This document shows, piece after piece, positions 13,578 through 25,486 of a stretch of DNA of 64,000 bases. Below the pieces are notes generated by a model that made no database searches, was not told the origin of the DNA, and saw only the letters and a program-made list of their open reading frames with translations. Every line of letters begins with the position of its first letter. Position 1 is the first letter of the stretch. The translations under genes were made by a program, and so were the position numbers. The stretch lies in NCBI GenBank assembly GCA_030704615.1, contig CM060733.1:61566001-61630000 (forward strand). Direction: 5' to 3'. The stretch is from Takakia lepidozioides. Taxonomy: Eukaryota > Plantae > Bryophyta.

Positions 13578-14279
13578 CAGTGTTGTGTGGGTATATAGTA
13601 TACCCCGATATACCCGCAGGGTATAATCATTTAACTATAACCGGACCCGACGTTTTTGCTTACCCGCCATTAGAATAAAACCGAAGGGTAAGGTTAATAG
13701 ATAATTACCCTTACCCTCTATTATATAACCGGATTGTTAGGGTGTGGTCTTACCTTGCCCCCCAAGTAGGTAAGTGTTAGCTCAAAGCGTATATCCATCA
13801 CGGGTAAATCATGACCTTCCTCCAACCTAGGTAATCCATTGGGCCACCTCACTTCAAACCTGGGAGGTAAATAATGGCCCAACACCACCCTAAGAGGCCT
13901 ATTTAAGGTCGGCCAAGCCCCATCGCTTGTGGCACTTGCAGATCAGCCCTCTTGCTGATCCTGTTCCAAAGGTGCTTGTGCTTCGCAACAAATAATACTC
14001 TTTTGGAGCTCGCAAAGGTTGTCATGTACCTAGGTTATCCCTCAATTATTTTGTCAATATTGCAAGCATTGAAGAATACATCTTAATATAAAATTAAATA
14101 AACAATAAAATATATATATTTAATCTTTTTATACCCTGAGGGTATAAATGAGGATTTTTGTTATTTATATCTACCCTTCAAAATTGACCAATAGCCCAAG
14201 TTACCCGGAGGATAAATATAACTTTAAAAATATAATATATCCGGTATGTTTTAAGACCTCACACACCCGCATAACACTG
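13578..14279. mobile_element. Non-autonomous hAT-superfamily element (702 bp)
   Basis: TIRs CAGTGTT(G/A)TG(T/C)GGGT. Perfect 8-bp target duplication GAAAGAAC at 13570-13577 and 14280-14287. Subterminal ATACCC/GGGTAT motifs. Confidence 0.9.
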
Positions 14280-14694
14280 GAAAGAACCTACGTCTTTAGG
14301 TAGTGGACGTCGCCCACTTTGGTGTTTGGGTCATACTGCCTCAATCTAAAGTCTACACCCTTAGACTACTCCCCTCACACCGCAGTATCTCTCAGAAGGA
14401 CAACGGTGAATGCTAGATCGTGAGCTTGGTAACGTGAGCCTGTGAGCCTGCACAAGCTCACGTAAGCCCAGCCTAGTAGGAAAGGTCCTATGACCGCAAT
14501 AAGTAGACCTATAACCGCGAAAATCTGACCTATTTTGTGGGAAAATTGATCTATTACCGATCTATGTCATAAATGCAATTGCATACACACTTGTTGATGA
14601 CGTGAACTCAAGGTCTATTAGCCTAAGCTTAGATATGAGGAACTTTGTCCATAGCTGACTAGCCAACACTTAAAAGAAGCTTCCAACATAGAAA

Positions 14695-15545
14695 TGTCGT
14701 GCACCTAAGCATCATGCCGCAACATACATTGTTGCCCAACCGCACTTCCTAGCATATAATCCTAAACAACTATGCCACAATAAGAGAAGTGAGAAAAGAT
14801 GAACCCACTCTATCACTCTATGTCAAGCCAATGGCACCTTTGCTAAAGGACTCCACCATAAAGACTTCACCCACATTCCATCTCAAGTACTAGAGCTATG
14901 GCAGCGAGAGAGGCATCGGGAAGCTCGATAGAGTCTTCCTGAGCCTCATGTGGAGATAAACCTCTCCACGTCCCAAGTGAGGTTCGCCACCTCACTTGGC
15001 ACATGGAACCAAATGAAGTCCTTATGCCAACAAAATATAAATATAAATGTAATTAGCTAAAGATAATTATTTCTACTAACTATGACTAAAACCATGACAA
15101 CTGTTGTACACATACATCGTTGTCCAACCACACTTCATAACATGTAATCCTAAAAAACTATCTCACAATCGCCCTCTTAGCTGGTGATTAGGTCCCCTTA
15201 ACACCGGATAGCTGACAAGTATCCATCCCAATAAGACCATCGTTTGGTCTCCAACCGCACAATTCCCAGTTTCTGAAGTCGCTAGATCAAGAGGCTGGGT
15301 GCAAAAGTAGCCCCATCGTTAGTCGTATGTCTGCAATCCATGATCTTCAATTGAGTATCAAGGGCGTTGAACTCCCGCTAGCTAGACCTTGGATCACTTG
15401 TCAACCTCACCATTGTCATGCCCACTACCTCTGTCTAAGGCATCATCGATACAACCATTCTCCGCTAGGAACCTCCTCAAGTGGAGGTGTCAAACATCCT
15501 ATGTACTACCCCCTTGAGCATTTATCACATACCCAATACTACTGC
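14695..15545 (-). mobile_element. Decayed 3' end of a relative of the 29-41 kb Gypsy element (PHD remnant, 3'UTR, PPT, A-B-A terminus)
   Basis: Minus strand encodes VCDKCSRG*YIGCLTPPLEEVPSGEWL. It shares a 3'UTR motif (GACTAACGATGGGGCTACT) and CCAGCTA(purine run)CGATTGTG with 40330-40490. Segment A occurs at 15102-15167 and 14695-14781, and the element ends ...GCACGACA. Confidence 0.85.
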
Positions 15546-16544
15546 ACTTGGGGGGGGGGGGGGGTAGGGTCACCCCAACGACCTCCATGAGGTCGCTAAA
15601 ATGGGGCTAAATCGGCCGCGGCCAAGTCCCAGACATCGACCCTATGCCGTCGGTCCTCCGTCGCTAAAAAGACGTCGTTAAGTAGGGACTCAAGACCGAC
15701 CCCCAGAGGGTCGCTCGGTCAAATTTATAGCTCGGCCCAACTCAACCTCTCACCTTTCAACAATCGTTCCTTGGCAGTCAACAAATGCAACCTCCTGCCG
15801 ATTTCTTTAGCATATAAATTGTATAGGATTATGGCTGCCCGAGCTCCCTGTAAGGCCTGAATGACTTTTCTTTTTTGTTCTTTGGCCTCCGTCTGGGTTT
15901 TCGTGACCTTGAGACCCTCTCGAGTTGTTGTCAACTCAAATTCATATACCCAATGCGCTGAAGGCGATGCCCAGCACAAGCCCAGGTCTGGCGATGGTTC
16001 CCCTAGTAGATAGTCCACTTCCACTACCAAACTTGGGTCCAAGGATGACTTCAAAACACCAACAAACACCTCACAAACATTGACTCGAACTTAAACTCAG
16101 GCGTCTGCTCATACGCTTCTCGCGTCTTTTCAGCTGCTGAAGCCGAAGAAGACGCCAGATCACCACCGGCCGCAAAAGCTCGATATGCTGGTATCACAAA
16201 TAGACGTTTGTTAGCACGGGCTCCCTCTCTCACACTTTCGCGCGCCGCCATCGTACCTTGTCATTATCCCTATATCCTGCTTTAGACACCCTACATAGAA
16301 TGTTTCGTCCAGGCTAACAAAAAATCTGCCAACCGTCATTCTCATTCCAGGAGTTATTCCTCTTCATTTTCCGGCTTTGAGCTAAAATGGGGCATGCAGT
16401 TCGGTTGAGCTAGCTAGCGAGAAGCAGGAAGGATCCCTTGCAGAGGACCTCAAATGCTTACCCGCCGATTCCCTCTCATCCACATCTAGAATATACTTCA
16501 TCCATCATGCACACATCAAAAGTATGACGCCTCCCGAAGGGAAC

Positions 16545-16686
16545 GTAATTTATGGTGTCACTTGACCCCGAAGGCTACTGCCTTCCAGCAGGAAGGTGGA
16601 CACCTTCATGACACACTAGACGGTGGTTTGAACCCACAACCACATCCAACGTGGTATGTGCCCATTACCACTGGGCTACATGCTGG
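16545..16686 (-). mobile_element. tRNA-derived SINE-like repeat, family 1, copy 1
   Basis: Minus strand has an A-box TAGCCCAGTGG and a B-box GGTTCAAACC. The 3' end CAAGTGACACCATAA is shared with copies at 24308 and 50659. Confidence 0.7.
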
Positions 16687-17013
16687 TTGTCAAATTAACA
16701 TCAACTGAACGCAAAATGAACACCATTACATCAGCCAGCTTGGCCTTTCTTAATTGGTTCCACAGATTTGCTTAACCAGGTCAGATGCCATGCAGGCAGG
16801 TGAGGATAAGCTAGTTGTTCAGGTAAAGACAAATGTTTAATTAGCATGAATGTTGCCCCCTTCACGGTGTTTCCATCCTAACGGTCATCCATCCATATTT
16901 ATGTCATGGAATATCATGTAGGTGGAATCAGCGGGTTTACATTAGACATAGGATGGGAGTTGAATGCGCGTGTGCGAAGCTTGCCGGTACGGTCTTCGGA
17001 GCTAGTTGGAGGG

Positions 17014-17588
17014 CCCCCGTGGGCCCGCGGTCAAATCCCCACCCCTGCTTCCCTCGTGTATGCTTCAAGGGTCCCATGCTCCATGTTCCCGCCGCGGCGC
17101 TCCCTCGTTCCTGCCCTGTCGCTCCCTTGTTCCCGCTCCTCTGCTCCCCGCCCCTCTGCTCCCCTATTATTGCTCCCATGTTCTCCGCTCCCCTGTTATT
17201 GGAGCGGCGAAGCAGTAGAATAGGGGAGCAATAGCACAAGGGAGCTCGGAGTAGTAACAAGGGAGCGGCAGAGCAATAACAGAGGGGAGCAAGGAGAATA
17301 GGGGAGCAGCGGACACACATGGGAGCGGTATGTAGGTGGGAACAGGGGTGTAGAGATCCGCTTGAGGGATGCAAAAATCTAATGGTACCTCAGTCAAATC
17401 CTTAAACATAGGATTTCCATCGCGCCATGGGCGAGATTTAAACCCAGCACCCCGGCAGCAATGGTCAATGCATCCAGCCACCAAGCTACCTGCCGCTTTC
17501 TTGCAACACCCTTGGAATTTTTATGTTTTGTACTATAATACAGGCAATAACGCAGGGGTGGGGATTTGACTGTGGGCCCCGCCAAGGG
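17014..17588. mobile_element. Old MITE-like element with ~35-bp imperfect TIRs and internal foldback repeats
   Basis: GGGCCCGCGGTCAAATCCCCACCCCTGC at ~17021 matches GCAGGGGTGGGATTTGACTGTGGGCCC at ~17552 in inverted orientation. Internal CTGCTCCC and GGGAGCAG runs face each other. No TSD found. Confidence 0.6.
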
Positions 17589-18642
17589 TGTCCGGGCCAT
17601 CACATGCTCCATAAATATAATTGTGCAACAACACTCAAAATGCACGTATACTAAATTGCAAGTGAGGTACCTTCTTACCACACATGATAATCTGTCTCAA
17701 TTTACAGAGCATGATTCCCTCACTAGTTAAGCCTGCGTCAACTTATATCCTCCATTTGTCACCTCAACCCTCATCCAATTTTGCTTGATCAAAAAAAGAA
17801 TCTATCTACATGTTAAGCATAAGAAAACACTGACCTTCACCTCAAAAGCATGTAACATCCTTAGACACCTAATGAAAAGTGTGCAGGCAATGAAAGAAAG
17901 GTGCGGACCTGTTAATGCACCATCGATCAAACAGACAATGGCAGGAAGCATGAGGAAATACTCATAAAAGCTAGGACTTCTGAAAAGTTGAGCAATGCAT
18001 ATGATAAGAAGAAAGATAGCCAGTAACAGCGAAAAGCAGGGTAGAAACACAGTAATATGTAAAGTCACACCCACAAATGGCAGAGTTTGCCAGATGCTGT
18101 AAGTCACAATTGTTGCCAGTTACGGGACAAAAACATGCTGGCCAGTTTCAGAAGCAGAGTATCAAGTTGGAAAGTCTTCTAGGCAATGTCATAGCCTCAC
18201 CCCTGATGGTCTAGCACCACTCTCTCACCAGCTGACTGGCCCATGGTGGAAGAAAAAGGAAACGAAGAGATAGATTGTGCAGAGGCCACCTTAGCAGAAG
18301 ATGCCTCATCAATGAGCAGTCATTTCATACTGAGGGGGAAGCAATGCCTGAGCGTTAGTTAATCCTTGCCATCACTCTGGAATGAAGTGCTCAGATGTAT
18401 ATGAATATCATGTGACACTAATTATGCTCCCAACACAAAGAAACCCTTAGATTAAAGTGGTTTCATGAATTTGAACTGGACAAGATAGCACAGCTTCACT
18501 GTACGTTACCAGTCAAGAATGCACTAAACCGAAGCAAGAATGAGTTTCAAATCCAATTAGTCAGCAGGGACATCTGGGAGACCTTCAAACCCTAAAGGTG
18601 TTTTTGGTACATTTGAGTGCCTTACAACTTGGGTGCCCAGCT

Positions 18643-21600
18643 TCACTTTCTGTATAAAATCTTCCCACTGTAGCCATAGTCATCCAGAAGTTCCTCGTTT
18701 TCACGCCATTTGTCCCTTACATTCACTTTAAGCTGTTACATACAAGCCCATCGTTGGCCATGCAAGTACCATGTTAATGACAGGCCAAGACTAATACAAC
18801 TATCCCAGAAGTTAGTAAACTGAATTCCTTTTAAGACACAAAAGCATCCATGAGTACAAAATTCCACAAATGGGCGGTTGAAAACACAAAAGCAAACAAT
18901 GAGAAATCTTTGAGAGGTGGAGCATAATACCTCCACATAGACTTCTTTGCCCACAAATTGCTCAATATCCAGTCTAGATGCAGTTGCGAGCACCTTTAGA
19001 GCAAGCCCTTCCTGTGTGTCAGTTCAAGTAGTTGTTAGACTTGCCTCTCTCTTTTGTGCCAGCTTTATTAGCTGAAGTTTGGGGAAACACTAGAAGGTCT
19101 AGACCTGAAGAAATATGCATGGCTGATGCAGCCATACAACGCAAGCGCTGCCTAAACGTCTTGTAAACAGAGAAATCACAATGTCACCTGTACCCCAACA
19201 AAGAAGTGCACAACGTCAAGTAGAGCATGAATGAAACAGGCAGGAGCACACCTTCCCAATCAGGACCCCTTTTTGGGAGTCCTTTTCAACCACAACCTCC
19301 AGCTCAATAAAATCCTTGGCTGCTCTTCTCTCCATGTACTTCAGTACATTCACCTGTCACTCTCCCTGAAGTAAGCAACCAGAATCACAACCAGCAAACA
19401 TAGTCGCAAAGCTGGCACTGCAAGATACCTTGAGAGGCCTGAGGATGGCTGGCATAACCACACTATCACAAGTTGGACATGCACACAGCTGCAGCACAAC
19501 CTCAAGATTTTGGGCGTGAGGTCAACATACCTGGCACACATAAGGTATTTCATTCCGGTACTGTAGAAATATCTTCTCCCTCACAAGCTCAGCAACAAAG
19601 AACCGCTCTGGATGTTTGCTGACGATATCCTGGGAGAATGAAACTTTGCACTGAGATAAAGAGACGCACACTCTTCCTTCCCCAAACAGAGAGTTCAGTT
19701 CAATGCAGCTCTAGAAGAAGGGATGCTTCTCTGACTCCTTTGCCGAGTCCAAAACATGTCCATGCAATGCAACCAGAAAGACAGGAGGTGTATCCTGCTA
19801 GGATTCGGAAGCACAGCCACAATTGTTATTCCACACTCAGTAAATATTCTCCCATGCCACATTTCCTCAGTTAAGGTAAGCTGAATTGAGGATGACAGTT
19901 GGAAGCCATCACTGCTACGTTATCAGATGGGCGAATTTTGGAGACCCCAAGAAATTCATGAGTTTGGAGTTTCCATATCCAACATGGAGCATGTAGCTGC
20001 TACACCATTACTCGGCAGTAGCAGCAGTGTTTGCGGATAACAGTGGTTACCTTGGGATAGTAGGCAGGCCCATGTGGAAGGCGATCCACCAGCCACTTTC
20101 TCACCTCCTCCACCCCATGTCCTTGCTTGGCACTCACAGCTATCACTTCGTCTACACCACCAAATTCCTTGTACCACTAGAAATCACCCCAAGCACTCTT
20201 CATGTCAGGTACACGGCCTAGAACCCTGCAGCAACATGACAGAGCCTCCTTTGACATCAGATTCTATTCAAAGGCATCACAGCTAAGGTCTTGCCCTAAA
20301 GCCTTCTGACAATATAAAGGATACCGATAATTAGGAATGTCTTAACACACATCATGTGACCAATCTGATGTTTGAGCACTGGTCCAAAAGGTACCTCTTT
20401 CTTCTTGGCAAGTTCACCGGGTTTAAGCAGATCCTTTTTGTTCAGCACCAATAGAGTGGGTCGCTGACTTGTGACCATTATTGCCCCATCCTCCAAAATG
20501 TCTGACACCTGCACCCTTTGGGTAAACTCTTTGTATAAACTACCACACGCATAACCATTGCTTCTAAGGCATCTCCCGAGTGACAAAAAAAATTATATCA
20601 TTCTTCGGTACCACACTCAGTTTCATTGTGCTTATTTCTGTTTTTCGACATAAATTTGCAGACACTACAATAATAAGAGAACTAAAAAGAACTACTCAAA
20701 CAAACAGTATTTCCATCTGCAAAGGGTCAAGAGCAAAGCAAAAAGAGTCAGATTGAGATATAGTAAGTCATGAAGCACTGATCATGACCTGTTGAGGGAC
20801 ATGACACGAATCCACCACCACCAGCACACAGTCGGCATCAAGGGTGGCACTTCGCACATTCTGCATCATCATCTTATCTAGCTTCCGTGTCTTGTTTGGG
20901 ACCACTCCAGGAGTATCGTACAGCATCATCTGCTAGGGACCACTCACTCTAGTCACTCCCACATCCTCTTCCTTCTCGGCTGTCCATCATTGCAAATTAG
21001 CATCCAACTAGTGTGCGCATACGGACACAAGGAGATTCTTACAATAACAACTACAGTTGTGCAATTCTTCCACCATGTGCAAGAATATATATCAATTGGA
21101 GAGCCTAGTAAAGTTTGAACTCAGGTTTAAGAGGTAACCAAAGATTAAAGATAGCCACATCACAGGTAAAGAAGCATTTGAGATGAAAACAAAGGCAAGA
21201 GAACAACAAGAGAACAAGACAATCTACAACCTATATGAGAGTGACAAGCTGTTACAACTCCCTACCGACTTCATCAGTTCCCAACAGAGGGTGCAGACGT
21301 AATGAGTTTCTGTGTCAACACGGGAGGACTCAGCAACGCCCGTTTTAGCAATCAAATCCTAAAACATACCAGACCTAAAGAGAAAGATAACTGAGAACAC
21401 TTCACATGCTCCACAATATGTACTCAGACAGTTTTTGACAGAGACCGCATCTCCAATTCCAGATATCCATGGCCTTCAAATAGAGCATCAACTTGACCAT
21501 TTTCTGTTCAACTCAAAGTAGCTCAATCTCACACATCTTGGATGTTGAGAAGGACTGTCCTATAATATGCACAGTGATTAGACGAAGAGCCACCTGATAT

Positions 21601-22775
21601 TCAGAACTCGAGCAGATTCCAAGAATGCGGTGTCGTGTGGTTTGAGGCTTGTGTGTCACAATGGACAATTTCTGACCTATCATCTGATTAAGCAGTGTGC
21701 TTTTGCCCACGTTGGGCTTCCCCACCAGCGCTATATAACCTGCATCGTACACCTCCAATTTCATGTACAATGCAGCGTACTACCTCATAGCCACAATCAA
21801 CATGCTCAAATTCCAACCAACCACCAAATCACCGTATGGACACCCGTGAGGAACACCACATGTTGCTCAGTGAACAATCGTTATTCCCAAGCAGGTCAGA
21901 TAGCTTGAATCAAATCCTCAGGAAAGGAACGGTGTGGGCCCAAAGTTGGTGCCAAACCATTCCATTAACTTGACCCCCTTCCACCCACTTCCACATTCAA
22001 TTTACATTTAACCTTCGTGAGCTCTTTTCACTCCTTCAGTATGTGGGGGGACCCGAAGTTGTCCGCAGTTTCTCTCTTTTCGAATTGATGCCTTTCCTTC
22101 ATGACTTCGCCACCTATACACTCCTGAAAATGAATGGAACTAGCTAGAATATAAGAACCCCTCCGCACCCCTTCCAAAACTTAAAACTATTTCAGTCTAT
22201 CAGCTATTGCTCAGTTTACGAGAGTCTTAAAATTGCAGCATTGTAGGAAGAGAGCATGGGAGCGAACCGCTTCGGTGGTCAGGGTCCATCTTTAAGTCCC
22301 TGATATCGGAGTCTCGCTGAGAAGGTGGAGGGGCACTGTTGGCATCGGTGAACAACTTTCTGTCTGGCTTTTCATTCAACGTGAAGATAGAGGTCTTCGT
22401 CTGACCACTGCTGGCACTCACAATATGCGCTAGTCGCTGTCTTCTACTTGTTGCCCTTGACGAATTTTTACATGCAAAGCGCCCCAGTGCTACACTAAAT
22501 CCGAAAAGGTGCTTTTGAGCGAGCGGGGAGGTTATCTCTTGCGTCAGTACTAGTCCTACAATGCTCCCACGATGATTGCGCTCCCTCCTTCTCGGATGCG
22601 CATAGCTGCCAGGTCTCCAAGCTGGGGATATGCATTCGCAGAAAGCCTGGCTTGACCCACTGGCGGGGCAGCCTCTGCCGCACCTATTCCATGATACTCC
22701 ATGGTGCAGCTGCCTCAAGTGCTTGCCCACCCACTGCCAATTACCTCCAAAACAAGGTGACAACACGAGATGCAT
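18643..22775 (-). CDS. ERA: Plastid-type Era GTPase (KH domain), 9 exons
   Basis: Approximate exons: 22775-22268, 21739-21594, 20929-20789, 20508-20395, 20178-20051, 19629-19531, 19353-19253, 19011-18930, 18732-18643. G1 GKPNVGKS, G2 KPQTTR, G3 DTPG, G4 NKKD, G5 SAK. KH region [18 protein letters not shown] and [11 protein letters not shown]. Transit-peptide-like N-terminus. Start codon uncertain. Confidence 0.93.
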
Positions 22776-22849
22776 CACATGATAGAATGCAAGCACACGG
22801 GATGCAGCACAGCAGCAGCTCAACCATGACCTTCCCACACAACCTTCCC

Positions 22850-22895
22850 AGGCTCTGTAAATTCACTGGACGTTAAAGAAACTTTATCTTTATCT
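22850..22895 (+). repeat. 5'-truncated 3' tail of a second SINE-like family
   Basis: AGGCTCTGTAAATTCACTGGACGTTAAA(G/C)AAACTTTATCTTT matches 43433-43473 with one mismatch and ends in TTTATC repeats. Confidence 0.6.
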
Positions 22896-24307
22896 CTTCT
22901 CCCCCCAAGCCAATCAAACCATCATATCTATCTTCTTGTGCTAATCTTTTCCCTTCCTGTTTTTCTGTTGGCTAGTTTCTTTAGTCTATCACATAAAAAA
23001 GGCAAGGAAAAACCTTTGGAATAATCCCAACCCAAGTTTCTCCAAAAACCAGATGCCTTGATTTTTAGGATCCTTCTGGTCTGAGATTACAACCCACCGT
23101 GCTCTTTGGCTGGCCCTGACAGATTTGGGGGAGAGAAATGGTTGAAGCAGAATTGAACCTGCTGAATGCAAGTTACTGCCAAACTTACCAGCACCAACGC
23201 TACCCTGGTTTGTACATTTGGTACATACCTTCCACACAAGGGAAGAGAACCAATCTCGTGTGCACTATTGAGGACCCATTTTTGTCTAAGACAAGCACCA
23301 GATTGGACTGCTCAAAAAGATTAAATTGCACCAATCTCACAAGCAAGTGGCCCAATGGTCCTAGTTGGCAATAAACTTAAAAGACAGTGCACAGAGAGGG
23401 ATGGATGTAGTGGAGCCTGGTCATAGTCCACACTGTTGCAAGCACAGTGAGACATAAGTTAAGAGCCCACTTTGTTGCTGGCAATGTACTGTGCATGGTG
23501 ACCTTCCTTTTCCTCGTGCTGGTCAAATCCACACTTTACCTAAGAGGTAAAGTGTAAAGTCCAGTTGCCGGGATTTGAGGCGCCTGTCACGAGGGATAAA
23601 GACCAAGGGACAGGATTTTACCTTATCTTGGGATGTTACCTGGGATTTCAAAGAATCATAATTTTTCTTTTTTCTTTTTCCTTCAAACCGCTGTGGTGAA
23701 AAGATTTTCTGTTCAGTTGGAAACTTTGGACTAAAATGTACATGACATCCATCCAAGGAAACCTTCTCAACCTCCGATTTCACATCAACCCTCTGTTAAT
23801 CTAGCCCCTCTGAGCGACACCTTGGCCCCAAAGTAGCCAGCAAGCCACATCCAGGCAGCCAGCAGAGAATCTTTGGATTCTCGTTTCATGAATTTTGGAC
23901 TTTGAAAAGCCATAACTTTCAACCAATTTGGCCAAAGAATTTCGAGCAGCTTGCACTGGGTAGCCAGTGAATGAATGAATGAGCAAGAGGAAAATTCCAA
24001 ATATTCGTTGAAGGTTCTCAGAATATGCTGAAGCGAATTGAAATCCCACTCACGCCACAAAGATCGCAAAATTATTTGAATTTTTTTGAAAAAATCAATT
24101 AAACACCCACACTTGATTCTGAGAATATGCTCTTTTGCGAAACTGTCTTTACAACTTTCGGTTTTGTGAACCTTCTAATGGCTGTAACTGGACAATGCAA
24201 TTGCCTAAAGCTCTCTCATTGACTCAAAAGCCCCAAGGTGCCCATACATTAGATGATTTTTCTCTTATAGGTGGGTTGGGCACAATCGATGTGTTGCTGA
24301 AGCAAGC

Positions 24308-24437
24308 GTAAATTATGGTGTCACTTGAAACTTCCAGTGGACATCTTTATGAACCCACAACCCATGAACCTTTATTACTTGAACTGACAATCACTAATGA
24401 AGTGGTTTATGCCCCTTATCACTAGGCGAAATGTTGC
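24308..24437 (-). mobile_element. SINE-like family 1, degenerate copy 2
   Basis: Shares TTATGGTGTCACTTGA, GAACCCACAACC and a TTATGCCC..CACT segment with the 16545 and 50659 copies. Confidence 0.6.
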
Positions 24438-25486
24438 CTCCATCCAATATCTGCCCCAAACACCCGAAAAATCAAATCAGCTAGAGGCGAGCTGACGCTT
24501 AAGCGACTGTCCAAATAGAAGTGGCAGCGTGCATTCTAGCCCAAGTGGTAAATGGCATGGCCCCACTTGGCCGCCAAGTGCCGCTGTGTGGGCACATAAT
24601 TATGGAAACTTCTAAAGTCCATAACCTTCTAAGGGGGTCCGCTGGAACACATCCGCCTAGCCGCTTTTAATTCTAGCACGGGCTGCAGACGGCAGGGTGT
24701 AAGAAGAGCACTGTACCAAACCAGGCAGGGAATGTAGCTGAGCGAGGATGAGCGCGAGGACCGTGTAGGGGAGGATGGAGCCCATGAAAGTAGAAGCACA
24801 TTGACAATCAAAGACGTGTACATTCCTATGCACTATTGGACTTGTAAATCGAGATGTCTATATTGATTGATGGTTGTCTCTGAATTTTATACACAAAATT
24901 AGCTTGCTATCGGATTTGGTTTTGTTCTGAACTCTACTCCGCAACCCATCTGACAATTTTCTCAAGATCAACAGGAGAATAAGGGGATGGGTTGCGGAGT
25001 AAGGTAGCGGCATCTAGAAGTGTTCGTTGCCTTTGTGTGTCCCTTATTTTTAATGAATGAAGTAATTACGCGGGGTCCCACTACTGTGCACTTTTGTCGT
25101 GGAGACAGTTCAAAATACAAATTTGCTTCCGCTTAGGTACAGCATGGTGTGCTTTGAAGTATGTGCAGCTTAATCAATGGTAGATTAGTGAAGATAATTA
25201 CGCAACAATGCGGCCGATTTTCGATTCAAATTCAGATTCGTTTTTGAAAATGGAGCGGGTGTTTTGGGACGACGCCCAGTTATTATAGCAGCCACACATG
25301 AATGCAGTGTGGATTCGTTATGAACTTCATATACTACTAAAATGCACACAGTTTATCTTGTTTCAGTTTATAGCAGTAGCTAATCTCACCCATAATGGAC
25401 TTGAATTTCCGTCTTAGCCAGGCCTTCAGATTGCTGCCAGACACAACTCTACGCCTCCGTCGGTTTCTCGGAAGAAAAGCATCTTA

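Noticed and set aside
15725-16251. Two adjacent minus-strand ORFs after a poly-G run
   Set aside because: Frameshifted with no recognisable domain. Probably TE debris, but cannot be assigned.
16600-16686. tRNA gene
   Set aside because: A and B boxes are present but there is no convincing cloverleaf. The shared non-tRNA tail in three copies fits a SINE better.
23531-23554. Hairpin CACTTTACCT-AAG-AGGTAAAGTG as a Helitron end
   Set aside because: No suitably placed CTRR terminus or other Helitron evidence.
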